Positions 1 to 12,700 of a stretch of DNA of 64,000 bases are shown one piece after another. The notes under the pieces were generated by a model. That model was not told the origin of the DNA. It did not search any database and saw nothing but the letters and a program-made list of their open reading frames with translations. Positions within the stretch are counted from its first letter, which is position 1. Every line of letters starts with the position of its first letter. The position numbers and the translations under genes are program-made. Source of the stretch: Macrostomum lignano (taxonomy: Eukaryota); NCBI GenBank assembly GCA_002269645.1, contig NIVC01003858.1, positions 9,509-73,508 of the forward strand, read 5' to 3'.

Positions 1-1
1 A

Positions 2-1758
2 TCAAGCTCAGTTCCCAGCCTCCTGGACCGGCTGAAGCCGCCACCAGGCAGCTGGTCCTGCCCGACATGCGCAGTTCAGAACACGAAGGACCAGGCCACG
101 TGTCCCTGCTGCTCCACTGCCAAGCCCGGCGCCCCTGCCGCCTCGGCGAGTCCCGCCACCCACGCCGCTCCGGCCTCGTCAACTGCCACCACGGTGTCTT
201 CTGCTCAGCCGCTGTTCTCCTTCGGTGGAATGTCGTTCGGCGGCGGCAGTCAGCAAGTCAGCAAGCCGACGGCGTCCGCCGGTGCGGGCGCCGCCGCTCC
301 CAGCAGCTCAGCCTCACCCTTTTCCAATTTCTCCTTTGGCTCTTCCGCTAGCAAGCCGGCAGTTTCTACTGCCGCCCCTATTGGCTTGGCCGCAGCTTCA
401 TCATCAGCAGCATCATCAACTGCCGCCGCTCCGGCGCCATTCGCCAGTTTTTCATTCGGCATGCCGCCGAAATCTTCTGCCGCCGCGTCTTCCACCGCCA
501 CTGCCGCTGCTCCCGCCAGTTTTGCCGGCTTCGGCGGCGTCAGCTTTAGCGGGCTGAACTTTGGCTCGTCAAAGTCGCCAGCGGCAACGGCTACCGCTGC
601 TGGTGGGCCTCCGTCGCCGGCTGTTGCTGCAGCCGGCGCTGCGTCCGCCTCTGCCGCTGCTGCTGCTGACGATTCAACTGACAATCCTGAGAGCTTCGAA
701 CCGTCTGTTGAATTTGCGCCCGTGGTTAATCTGCCGGATAAGGTTGGTTTATAATACCGCTAACAAATTCCTTAGGGTCAAGATGTCGTTAATTCGCAAC
801 CGTACCTACAATGAGGGACCCGTTAAGTGCGTTACCGTGACCAGCCAGAATCGCTAAAGAGTAATTGCAAGCAACTCACTAGTGACTCTAGCGACTCTTT
901 GGCGACTCGTGTGACTTTTTAACAACTCAAACCACTGTTATGCGATAGGGAGGCGACTGTTAAGTTAAAAATGCATCACGTGAGTTGCAGAATCGTAAGA
1001 GAGTCACAAAAAAGTTGTCCAATAGTCGTTGCGTTGGCGTTTTAACTTTCTACTAACTCAACAACTAGACTAAATAGAGTTGTTATAAATGCGAAATACG
1101 GTTCTAATTTATAAACTGACGCAGATGCGCTTCTAACGCAACTCGGTGATTCTACAGCGATTCTGGCACGCCTCAGGTACGACTCTACGGCCCCTGTGTC
1201 ATTAAAGATCGAAGCATCCCAGAATCGTTTAGAGTCACTTCTTTCCTATTTTCATCCCCTGCGTTACCTGCAATGACTCTGGCCCGCTTGTTCACCCAGT
1301 ATAAGAGGGGGGGCTCACGTTTTTTATCCATTTTCCTCTCCTCAGTTTGCTAGGGATTAATGAGATAAAATGGGGTTTAGATGATAAAAACTAAAGTATT
1401 TTCGAAGCCATCCATTCCGCATTTAGTTAAACGTATCTTCTCTAATTAAGTATTGAAAATCTGTGAATGACTCGAATCAGCTTACATTATTATTTAAAAT
1501 TCGATCATTTCTCTTAAAGCAGTTAGCTTGTAGAAGCTAAGTATGCTTGCATTCAGTTACTGCCCCTCAGGTTAATTAGTTGTTAGTCATTTATTTAGTT
1601 AGCTATAGTTAATTAGTTTGTTAGTTAGTTAGTCATTTATTTAGTTAGCTATAGTTAATTAGTTTGTTAGTTAGTTAGTCATTTATTTAGTTAGCTATAG
1701 TTAATTAGTCTGTTAGTTAGTCATTTATTTAGTTAGCTATAGTTAATTAGTCTGTTAC

Positions 1759-1811
<53 letters not shown>

Positions 1812-1828
1812 CAGTTAGTTAGTTAGTC

Positions 1829-1871
<43 letters not shown>

Positions 1872-4800
1872 CAGTTAGTTAGTCCAAACCAAGGCATTTT
1901 GTCGCGAGAAAGTTGGATGCCTTAGCTTTTACCTTGTCTTGCTTCCGGGTGTTTTTTCCTGTCTAAATTGGTCAAGTTTACAGAATCATATTATAAACTT
2001 GCGCTAACAATATTGATTTTCAATGTCGCCACTCAAGGTGGAGGTGAAGACTGGCGAGGAGTCGGACGTGCGGCTGTTCGCGGAGCGGGCCGCCCTCTAC
2101 CGATTCGTGCAGGGCGAGTGGAAGTCCCGCGGCATCGGCGAGCTGAAGATTCTGCAGAGCGAAGGCGGAGCCAAATACCGAATTGTGATGCGGCGCGATC
2201 AGGTGAAGAAGCTGTGCGCCAATCACTGGATTGATGCGGCAATGAAGCTGAAGGAGGTGCAGAATGTCGCCAACGCCGTGTCCTGGACTGCCAACGATTT
2301 CTCTGACGGCGAGGCCAAGATGGAGATTCTGTGCGCCAGGTTCAAAACGCCTGAGCAGCTGGCTGAGTTCACCGCCAAGTTCACCGAGAGTCAGAAAGCT
2401 CTGCAGTCTGGAAAGCAGGTGGCTCCATCAGCTGCTGCTCCTAGTGACAGCAAGGCCGCTCCAGCGGCTGCAGCCTCATCAAGCTCAGTTCCCAGCCTCC
2501 TGGACCGGCTGAAGCCGCCACCAGGCAGCTGGTCCTGCCCGACATGCGCAGTTCAGAACACAAAGGACCAGGCCACGTGTCCCTGCTGCTCCACTGCCAA
2601 GCCTGACGTCCCTGCCGCCTCGGCGAGTCCCGCCACCCACGCCGCTCCGGCCTCGTCAACTGCCACCACGGTGTCTTCTGCTCAGCCGCTCTTCTCCTTC
2701 GGTGGAATGTCGTTCGGCGGCGGCAGTCAGCAAGTCAGCAAGCCGACGGCCTCCGCCGGTGCGGGCGCCGCCGCTCCCAGCAGCTCAGCCTCGCCCTCTT
2801 CCAATTTCTCCTTTGGCTCTTCCGCCACCGCTGGTGGTGCCGGGACAGCTTCGACAATCAAGTTTGGCTTTGGTGGTTTCGGCTCGACACCAACTTCGGC
2901 TGACAAGGTGGAACAGGCGCTGTTGTCAGATAAAGACTCGGCTGCCGCGAAGGATTCAAAGGACAAAGACTCGGCCGCCGCGAAGGACTCAAAGGACAAA
3001 GACTCGGCCGACGCGAAGGACTCAAAGGACAAAGACTCTGCCGCCGCGAAGGACTCAAAGGACAAAGACTCTGCCGCCGCGAAGGATTCAAAAGATAAAG
3101 ACTCGAACGACTTGGTTCTGGTCGGCTTCGAGCCGTCCGTCACCGACGACCAGATTCGTCGGGCTCGCCGATTGAAGCTGCCGGATTATTTTTATGCCTA
3201 CGAGAATCGCGCCAGCGATGACGGACACGAGAGCGACGGCGAGGGTGCCTACTCTGGGACTCGGCAGGTGAGAGAGATACTGCTCACCGTGTGACCGACT
3301 AGCTTGTGCGGGCCACATTAATTTGGGGCTTGCTGGGCGATTCACACGTACGCCTCATGAGAGCCAAACAGTGTACATGCCTGACAATTAGGAAGTCACA
3401 AATGGCTGCTGTACACCCGCTGTACACCCGCTGTACACCCACTGTACACCCTGTGTGAGCGTGTGTACGAAATAACTAAAAAACATTTATTGCACTGATA
3501 CTAATACACTCTATTGTGCCTATATAGTGCATATATATAACCCGACACTTCACAGGAGCAGCAGGAGTCCCAGCAACAACAACAGCAACAACAGCAGAAA
3601 CCGTCTCAGCCTCCTAAACAACAGGAAATGTCAATTGGCATATTTGGCGAAAAAGCCAGTAGTATGTTTTCATTTGCTAGTCTGGCCTCCACTGCCAACA
3701 CTGACGCTTCCTCGAATGCGCCAGTCAACTTCTCTTGGTCTGGCGCCGGCTCTGTACTCTTCGGTGGCGGCGCCGCTGCCGCTGATAAAGCCGCCGACAA
3801 TCGTCAAGCTGATTCAGCCGATGAAGATGAGGACGAGCACGATCCGCACTATGAGCCAGTGATTGAACTGCCCGAGCTAGTCTCAGTGAAATCTGGCGAA
3901 GAGGACGAGACCGCGCTGTTCTGTCAGCGGGCCAAGCTGTACAGATGGACCGACGGTCAGTGGAAAGAGCGCGGAGTTGGTCAGATGAAAGTTCTGCAAC
4001 AACGCGACGGCGCCGGTAGTCGGCTTGTAATGCGACGTGACCAGGTGCACAAATTGTGCTGCAATCATCGCCTTGGCCCCAATCTGCAATTCAAACCGAT
4101 GCCAAACTCTGCCACCAGCGTCTGCTGGTTCTGCGTCGACTTCTCGGACGAAACCGCGCCGGAGGGTCGCAACGAGCAGCTGGCAATCAAGTTTAAAAAT
4201 AAGGAAGAGCTAGCCGAGTTCCTGAAAGTCTGCTCTGAGGCTACTGGTGCTGCCGCGAGTCCAGGTTTGTTCTTGTTGGCCCCATCACCTGTTACTTTAA
4301 ATCCTTATCTACCTTCAGAATTAGCGCCATAATCTTCAACTTCCTGATCCTTCAGAATTAGCGCCAAATGCTCCTGTTTAGCTTCCCGATCCTTCAGAAT
4401 TAGCGCCAAATACCCCTGTTTAGCTTACCAATCCTTCAGAATTAGCGCCAAATACCCCTGTTTAGCTTACCAATCCTTCAGAATTGGCGCCAAATGCTCC
4501 TGTTTAGCTTCCCTATCCTTCAGAATTAGCGCCAAATACCCCTGTTTAGCTTACCAATCCTTCAGAATTAGCGCCAAATACCCCTGTTTAGCTTACCAAT
4601 CCTTCAGAATTAGCGCCAAATACCCCTGTTTAGCTTACCAATCCTTCAGAATTAGCGCCAAATACCCCTGTTTAGCTTACCAATCCTTCAGAATTGGCGC
4701 CAAATGCTCCTGTTTAGCTTCCCTATCCTTCAGAATTAGCGCCAAATACCCCTGTTTAGCTTACCAATCCTTCAGAATTAGCGCCAAATACCCCTGTTTA

Positions 4801-4974
4801 GCTTACCAATCCTTCAGAATTGGCGTCAAATACCCTTTTTTCCTGATCTTTTACGCCTTGTATTTGCTATACTAGCGTACTAAAAGAAATGAATAATAAT
4901 TTATTCTAATTGAATGTGCAGGCAAAGCGAACCAGACGAGCACCAACGGTTCTAATGATGTAATCAGTGACTGA
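2..4974 (+). CDS. RANBP2: RanBP2/Nup358 nucleoporin, 3' part (5' end outside window): join(<2..742,2038..3267,3556..4264,4922..4974)
   Basis: Two RanBP2-type zinc fingers (WSCPTCAVQNTKDQATCPCC), FG/FSF low-complexity tracts and two Ran-binding domains (LPDK|VEVKTGEE...W..RGIGELKIL...R.VMRRDQV.KLCANH). NDLVLV..PSVTDDQIRRARRLKLPDYFYAY resembles the SUMO-E3 internal repeat IR1/IR2. GT-AG junctions are phase-compatible (0,0,1); stop TGA 4972-4974. Confidence 0.9.
820..1290 (+). mobile_element. Unclassified ~0.5-kb dispersed repeat (GACTC/GAGTC-rich), copy in RanBP2 intron
   Basis: Shares blocks (gaatcgct..gagt..tgcaa..aactcactagtgac; gtgagttgcagaatcgtaa; agagtcactt..ttacctg) with ~22240-22600, ~26720-27210 and, on the minus strand, ~54850-55500. 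Confidence 0.7.
1565..1885. repeat. (TTAG)n microsatellite with degenerate larger units, intronic
   Basis: Direct reading of the sequence. Confidence 0.9.
2932..3105 (+). repeat. Coding 30-bp tandem repeat (KDSAAAKDSK-type, about 5 copies) in RanBP2
   Basis: In-frame repeat unit aaagactcggccgccgcgaaggactcaaaggac inside the exon. Confidence 0.9.
3310..3470 (+). mobile_element. Short dispersed repeat family (gtgtacatgcctgac...ctgtacaccctgtgtgagcgtgtg)
   Basis: Related copies at ~7258-7312 (-), ~26125-26215 (+), ~52160-52205 (+) and ~53110-53235 (-). Confidence 0.65.
4311..4830. repeat. 42-bp minisatellite, about 12 copies, in last RanBP2 intron
   Basis: Unit atccttcagaattagcgccaaatacccctgtttagcttacca; ccttc recurs at 4391 and 4433. 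Confidence 0.92.
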
Positions 4975-5169
4975 CAACATCTGCCGCTTATCCCTAAGAG
5001 GACTTGACAAAAATATTACTTACTTAATTATACTGTAACTGTTGTAGCTATGCAATTTTATCCCGAAACGTATTGGTACTTGCCTAAATTTAACTATTTA
5101 AAACAATAAATGTTATACAGTATGCAAATTGGAATCTATATCTAGCTCTTACCACAGATACTGGCGTTA

Positions 5170-5790
5170 GAATAACTACTAGGTGTCTGCGCAGCGTCAC
5201 TTAAATTTAATTGTAGCAGTTAAACTTCCTAATTTCTTCTTTAGGTTTGGTGGCCTCAGGAGTATATGGGGTTATGAATGAACAACAAGCATTTAATTCG
5301 ATGTACGCTAGTGAAAGCAAGACTAACAAAACTTAGTCTAAAAAGGGCAGACCCCGTTCTACTTCTGCCAATCAGAGAGCAGTAAGAAGAGAGGTGAAAG
5401 TCAGACGAACGAAACTCAGCCTAGGAGGCAGGCCTAATCTAGCTCAGCCAATGAGAGAGCAGTAAGGAGAGAGGTGAAAGTCAGACGAACGAAACTCAGC
5501 CTAGGAGGCAGGCCTAATCTAGCTCAGAGCCAATGAGAGAGCAGTAAGGAGAGAGGTGAAAGTCAGACGAACGAAACTCAGCCTAGGAGGCAGGCCTAAT
5601 CTAGCTCAGCCAATGAGAGAGCAGTAAGGAGAGAGGTGAAAGTCAGACGAACGAAACTCAGCCCAGGAGGCAGGCCTAATCTAGCTCAGCCAATGAGAGA
5701 GCAGTAAGGAGAGAGGTGAAAGTCAGACGAACGAAACTCAGCCTAGGAGGCAGGCCTAATCTAGCTCAGCCAATGAGAGAGCAGTAGGCT
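5170..5790 (+). mobile_element. Dispersed element with internal 80-bp tandem repeats (about 5 copies)
   Basis: Unit agccaatgagagagcagtaaggagagaggtgaaagtcagacgaacgaaactcagcctaggaggcaggcctaatctagctc. The array and its unique flank (ggcctcaggag..gaatgaacaacaagcattt) recur inverted at ~57598-57950. Confidence 0.75.
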
Positions 5791-6792
5791 GGGGCGCCAC
5801 CACATTTGTATTCCTCTCTATGCGCATTGGATTTGGGTGCAGCTTTGAACAGGATGAAAATGCTAATTTAGTGGGTCTGCTTGTAGACAGCCTGAGGCAG
5901 CTTTGATTTTATACTATTTAAAAGGACAAAAAAGCGCTAATTTTGCTACTAATGACAGAGTAGATGAGCGCATTTTTTACAATTGGCATATACCGTAGTA
6001 GTTATTCTAGTATTTGTGGCTCGTACTAGACGAAGCTAAGATAAGTTATACCATCGAAAATATTTAACCTATTTTTTCTTTAATAATTAGACTTGATCTA
6101 TTGATATTTTCTTATTATTAAGACTAAGCCCTGTACTACCCAGTGAAATAAAGTTGGTTGTGCGTGTGTCTATATTGTGTTTCATAATTTTGCTTGTTTG
6201 TATGTTTATGACTTGCCTGCCTGCCTGCGCCACACCGTGTGAATGCGTGATATAATATACTTGTAATTTCATATTTGTCAAGTTTAGTAGTGCTATCAAT
6301 TCTGATCTTATAATTGTTTCAATAAAACTGATTGATTAGCATTTATGTTGCAAGTCTGTATTGATAGTGTCTGCTGCTCCTTTCCAAACTAATATTATTC
6401 TCCCGTGGCTTTTGTCTACTTCGTATGCTGTTTCTGGTGTGCTTCAACTTTCTGCTTTTTAATATTTATCCATTGCATATGCGTCCATTTTCGGGTCTCG
6501 TGTTTTTTTCTGATTTCCTAGTAAATAATTTTTATAACAAAATTTAAAAATAATTGTAGTTTGCACTTTAAACTCACTTTACTGTATGTTATCTACTAAA
6601 TTTATTTATAGTAATACTAAAACAATATAAGGTTTCATGTAACTAATAATTTTTTTACAAATATTAATAATAATTCAAATAATATTGCACGCTCGTATTC
6701 TGCGGGTTTAATTAAAATCAAAATAATTGTTGTCATCGATTAAAATGGGTCGTGTTTCTTATATTAAACTTGTAGTTATTATCTGACTAATT

Positions 6793-6935
6793 GCCATCCT
6801 CAGTGACCATCATCTCCCTGCAGTGCCGCCCTCGGTGACCATCATCTCCCTTCAGTGCCATCCTCAGTGACCATCATCTCCCTTCAGTGCCATCCTCAGT
6901 GACCATCATCTCCCTTCAGTGCCATCCTCAGTGAC
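6793..6935. repeat. 32-bp minisatellite, about 4 copies
   Basis: Unit gccatcctcagtgaccatcatctcccttcagt at 6793, 6825, 6857. Confidence 0.88.
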
Positions 6936-7362
6936 ACTGATGTTGAAACTTCTTGTAAAGCTTCTCTGTATAGCGGCGGAGGTCATAAGAAGCATACAGA
7001 CGAATATATTTCGGTGTGCTCTTGAAAACAAAAAACATTAGTTCGAGTAAAATGTTAACAGGTTTGTATTTTTAAACCAAAAACTTATTTTAAAAGTGCA
7101 AACTTTAGTTTTGGGTTAATTTGAAGTGAATTTTATTAGGGCAAAAAATATACCGATTAGGCACACCAACTAAAGGAAACCTAATCTTAACTTTTTTATT
7201 CTATCGATATTATTTTTAATAGATCAACCTGGCTTCTGCCCGTTCAGGTGTATGATACTGTACACACGCTCACACAGGGTGCACCGCGGCCCTTTGACTT
7301 TCTAATCGGTCACTGGTGTTTAATGTACTCATGTTGTAGCTGTCCATCAGCTCAAATCCAGC

Positions 7363-9549
7363 TCAGAGCATCTGTTGATCCGACGAATTCTTCAACGTCG
7401 GCACTCCGTCGTCTTCGCCGACTTCGCTACCGGAAGCTCCGCCGTCCCGATGCTCTCCGTCGTCAGTCAGGTTGCCCTCTGGCGGCTTAAACACAGAGTT
7501 GTCCATCAGCATGTCCTCTTCTGCGTCGCCTGTGCGCTTTCTGGTCTTCTGCTTTTTCTGGCCCAGCTGCATCGGCGAGGCGGCGCCGCTGCGCACCTGG
7601 ATGATCTCCGACAAGTTGCTGGCCGACTGCTGGCTGACTCCGCTCTGTCGAGCTCGCGGATCGCCTTCGTTCAGCGACTTTTCAAATCTGTGGTTATAAA
7701 AATTCGAGTCGTTTTCTTAGTTTGAACATCTGATCCAATCTTGTGTCAACTTTTGGTTTGGCGAACTTGTTACATATATTAATATGGGTAAAATATTCGA
7801 AAAGGTTTATTTTAGGCCATTTTTAGATAGTCTCTTGGAGATTGCTCGAACGCAGCGAATCTTCGTGTGCATAGGACTTGGCGCCCGGTTACAGGTTTGG
7901 CGTCCCCTCCTCGCTACAGGTTTGGCGCCCCCTCCCGCTACAGGTTTGGCGCCCCCTTTTCACAGCAGGTTTGGCGCCCCCTCCTCGCTACAGGTTTGGC
8001 GCCCCCCCCGCTACAGGTTTGGCGCCCCCTTTTCACAGCAGTTTTGGCGCCCCCTCCTCGCTACAGGTTTGGCGCTCCCTCCTCACAGCAGTTTTGGCGC
8101 CCCCTCCCCGCTACAGGTTTGGCGCCCCCTTTTCACAGCAGGTTTGGCGCTCCCTCCTCACAGCAGGTTTGGCGCCCCCTCCCCGCTACAGGTTTGGCGC
8201 CCCCTTTTCACAGCAGGTTTGGCGCTCCCTCCTCACAGCAGGTTTGGCGCCCCCTCCCCGCTACAGGTTTGGCGCCCCCTTTTCACAGCAGGTTTGGCGC
8301 CCCCTCCCCGCTACAGGTTTGGCGCCCCCTTTTCACAGCAGGTTTGGCGCCCCCCCCCCTCACAGCAGGTTTGGCGCCCCCTTCTCACAGCAGGTTTGGC
8401 GACCCCCCTCACAGCAGGTTTAGCGCCCCCTTCTCACAGCAAGTTTGGCGCCCCCTAGCCGCTACAGGTTTGGCGACCCCTTTTCACAGCAGGTTTGGCG
8501 CCCCCTTCTCACAGCAGGTTTGGCGCCCCCCCCCCTCACAGCAGGTTTGGCGCCCCCCCCCTCACAGCAGGTTTGGCGCCCCCTTCTCACAGCAGGTTTG
8601 GCGCCCCCTTCTCACAGCAGGTTTGGCGCCCCCTCCTCACTACAGGTTTGGCGCCCCCTCCTCGCTACAGGTTTGGCGCCCCCCCTCACAGCAGGTTTGG
8701 CGCCCCCTTCTCACAGCAGGTTTGGCGCCCTCCTCACAGCAGGTTTGGCGCCCCCCTCACAGCAGGTTTGGCGAACTTCTCAAAGCAGGTTTGGCGCCCC
8801 CTCACAGCAGGTTTGGCGAACTTCTCAAAGCAGGTTTGGCGCCCCCTCACAGCAGGTTTGGCGCCCCCCCTCACAGCAGGTTTGGCGCCCCCCCTCACAG
8901 CAGGTTTGGCGCCCCCCATCAGAGCAGGTTTGGCGAACTTCTCAAAGCAGGTTTGGCGCCCCCTCACAGCTCACCCAACATTATTGAATTCTCCCGTTCC
9001 GTTGCGACTCCCGGCGACTCCAGCGGCTACGTTATTGCCGCCGCCTCCGCCGCTCCAGTCAATGGCGGCTCCCGCCGACTTTCCCGACTTGCTTTTCGAC
9101 TTGTTGGACTTGTTCTTTGACGACTTCTTCTTGTGCCTCTGCTGCTTCTGCTTGCTATCAGATCCGGGCTCAGTGTCCAGAGCCACTTTGTCCGGCTGCA
9201 GCTGCTGCTTCTGCTGCCCTGTGGACAGGTCTCCGGCCTTGAAATCCGCGCCCGAGGCAGCCACTTTGTTATCGCGCGTTGATTGTTCTGACTTCCTGCG
9301 CTGCCGCATCTCGCTGCTGGCGCTGGCCAGGTTCTTGCGGCGCTGCTTTGTCCTGGAAGAGTAGAAGTGGCAGGTATAGAACCCACTGAGTTCGTCATCA
9401 TCATCATCAGTACCAACATTCTTTTCATCGTTATCATTAGCATCATCATCATCGTCATTGTCGTCGTTAAGCATCATTATCTCTATTATCACCATCATTA
9501 TCATCATTACCATCAACATTATCAACATCATCATCATTATCATCACTTT

Positions 9550-9587
<38 letters not shown>

Positions 9588-9688
9588 TATCATCATCATC
9601 ATCATCACTTTATCATTATCATCATCACTTTTATCATCATCATCATCATCATCATCACCATCATCATCATCATTATCATCATCACTTT

Positions 9689-9740
<52 letters not shown>

Positions 9741-12700
9741 CTTTATCATTATCATCATCACTTTTATCATCATCATCACTTTATCATTATCATCATCACT
9801 TTTATCATCATCATCACTTTATCATTATCATCATCACTTTTATCATCATCATCATCATCATCATAATCACCATCATCATCATCATTATCATAATTATCAT
9901 CATCATCACTATCATCATCATCATTATCGTCACTTTATCAGCATCACCATCAACATCATCATTATCATCACCTTATCATCATCATCACCATCATCATCAT
10001 CATTATCATCATCACTTTATCATCATTATCATTATCATTATCATCACTTTATCATCATCATCACCATCATCATCATCATTATCATCACTTTATCATCATC
10101 ATCACCATCAGCATCATCATCTTTATCATCACTTTATCATCATCACCATCAACATCATCATTATCATCACCTTATCATCATCATCACCATCATAGTCATC
10201 ATTATCATCATTATCATCACTTTATCATCATTATCACCATCATCATCATCATTATCATCACTTTATCATCATCATCACCATCATAATTATCATTATCATC
10301 ATCACTTTATCATCATTATCACCATCATTATCATCACTTTATCATCATCATCACCATCATCATCATCATTCTCATCATTATCATCATCACCATCATCATC
10401 ATCATTCTCATCATTATCATCATCACCGTCATCATCATCATTGTCATCATCATATTTTTCATCTCTAAAAGCATAAATATCACAGAAAGCATTATAATAT
10501 TTTCACAACTCACTGATGATGTCTCAAAGCCAAGGCCACAATAATGAGAACCAGAGTGCCCAGCACGAATATTGGCACAATCACTTTATTGGCGAGCACT
10601 GGCGGTGGTACAGAATAGAAAATGGCGTTGATGTAGACCAGACTGTAGCCCACGGAAGTTGAAACGGATTCGCGTTGTTTCTGGGCAATTTCTAGGAAAT
10701 GGAAGGAGAAAAACAAATATACACGCAATCTATCAACTACTTATTTTGCTTAGTGTTCTTGATTTCTAAGAAATCTAAATAAAAAACTTTTCTCTTTTTG
10801 CCAACAGGGTGCCCATTTTCGTATGGCGCTAATTTTGGGGGCACTCATTTTCCTGTGGCGCTCATTTTCCTGTGGCGCTCATTTTCCTGTGACGCTCATT
10901 TTCCTGTGACGTTCATTTTCCTGTGGCGCTCATTTTCCTGTGGCGCCTATTTTCCTGTGGCGCTCATTTTCCTGTGGCGCTTATTTTCCTGTGGCGCTAA
11001 TTTTCCTGTGGCGCTAATTTTCCTGTGGCGCTTATTTTCCTGTGGCGCTAATTTGGGGGTGGCGCTCTTTTCCTGTGGCGCATATTTTCCTGTGGTGCTA
11101 ATTTGGGGGTGGCGCCCTTTTCCTGTGGCGCTAATTTGCGGGCGCTCATTTTCTTGTGACGCTCATTTTCCTGTGACGTTCATTTTCCTGTGGCGCTCAT
11201 TTTCCTGTGGCGCTTATTTTCCTGTGGCGCTCATTTTCCTGTGGCGCTAATTTTCCTGTGGCGCTAATTTTCCTGTGGCGCTTATTTTCCTGTGGCGCTA
11301 ATTTGGGGGTGGCGCTCTTTTCCTGTGGCGCTTATTTTCCTGTGGCGCTAATTTGGGGGTGGCGCCCTTTTCCTGTGGCGCTAATTTGCGGGCGCTCATT
11401 TTCTTGTGACGCTCATTTTCCTGTGACGTTCATTTTCCTGTGGCGCTCATTTTCCTGTGGCGCTTATTTTCCTGTGGCGCTCATTTTCCTGTGGCGCTTA
11501 TTTTCCTGTGGCGCTAATTTTCCTGTGGCGCTAATTTTCCTGTGGCGCTTATTTTCCTGTGGCGCTAATTTGGGGGTGGCGCTCTTTTCCTGTGGCGCTT
11601 ATTTTCCTGTGGCGCTAATTTGGGGGTGGCGCCCTTTTCCTGTGGCGCTAATTTGCGGGCGCTCATTTTCTTGTGGCGCTAATTTGAGAGCGCCTATTTT
11701 CCTGTGGCGCTATTTGAAGGCGCCCTATTTTCTTTGTGGCGCTCATTTGGATTCGCCAAGTTTTTTGTGGCGCTAATCGGTCCTCGAAAGCTCCATTTAA
11801 GCGCCGTATCCTGATATTAAAATTTTGCAATGCCATGTAGTCTAAAATGACAAGCTGATAATAGAAATTGCCATAAGCAACTTGCCTGCAACCGCAGCAG
11901 CTGGAAGGCGAACCCGGCTCGATCCAACTGTGAACTCAATGCCAACGCGAACGTTGAGGTAGCGAGATTTGTAATTTACCGGATATCCGGCGCTAATTAC
12001 CACCGCTGAAGCTGTGAAACTCCTGAAATTTGGAAAGGAGCAGAAAAAGGTATTGATACGCGTCGTGTACTACTCTCAGCAGCTTAATCTCTAGGGAGGG
12101 TGCCAGATCATGAAGTAAGAGTACCAGATTCTCTAAGAGTGCCAGATTCTCTAAGAGTGCCAGATTCTCTAAGAAGAGGCCAGATTCTCTAAGAAGAGTG
12201 TCAGATTCTCTAAGAGTGCCAGATTCTCTAAGAGTGCCAGATTCTCTAAGAAGAGGCCAGATTCTCTAAGAAGAGTGCCAGATTCTCTAAGAAGAGGCCA
12301 GATTCTCTAAGAAGAGTGTCAGATTCTCTAAGAGTGCCAGATTCTCTAAGAGTGCCAGATTCTCTAAGAAGAGGCCAGATTCTCTAAGAAGAGTGCCAGA
12401 TTCTCTAGGAGTGCCAGATTCTCTAGGAAGAGTGCCAGATTCTCTAAGAAGAGGCCAGATTCTCTAAGAAGAGGCCAGATTCTCTAAGAAGAGTGCCAGA
12501 TTCTCTAAGAAGAGTGCCAGATTCTCTAGGAAGAGTGCCAGATTCTCTAAGAAGAGGCCAGATTCTCTAAGAAGAGTGCCAGATTCTCTAAGAGTGCCAG
12601 ATTCTCTAAGAAGAGGCCAGATTCTCTAAGAAGAGTGTCAGATTCTCTAAGAGTGCCAGATTCTCTAAGAGTGCCAGATTCTCTAAGAAGAGGCCAGATT

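Noticed and set aside
4922-4974. Missing cyclophilin domain in RanBP2 as a novelty
   Set aside because: As I recall, invertebrate Nup358 orthologs generally lack it.
7784-9364. Long + strand ORFs (QVWRP/RFGAP/GLAPP repeats)
   Set aside because: They are translations of an intronic minisatellite, open in all frames; the real gene is on the minus strand.
9367-10476. His/Ile/Ser-rich ORFs
   Set aside because: They are (CAT)n array translations inside an intron.
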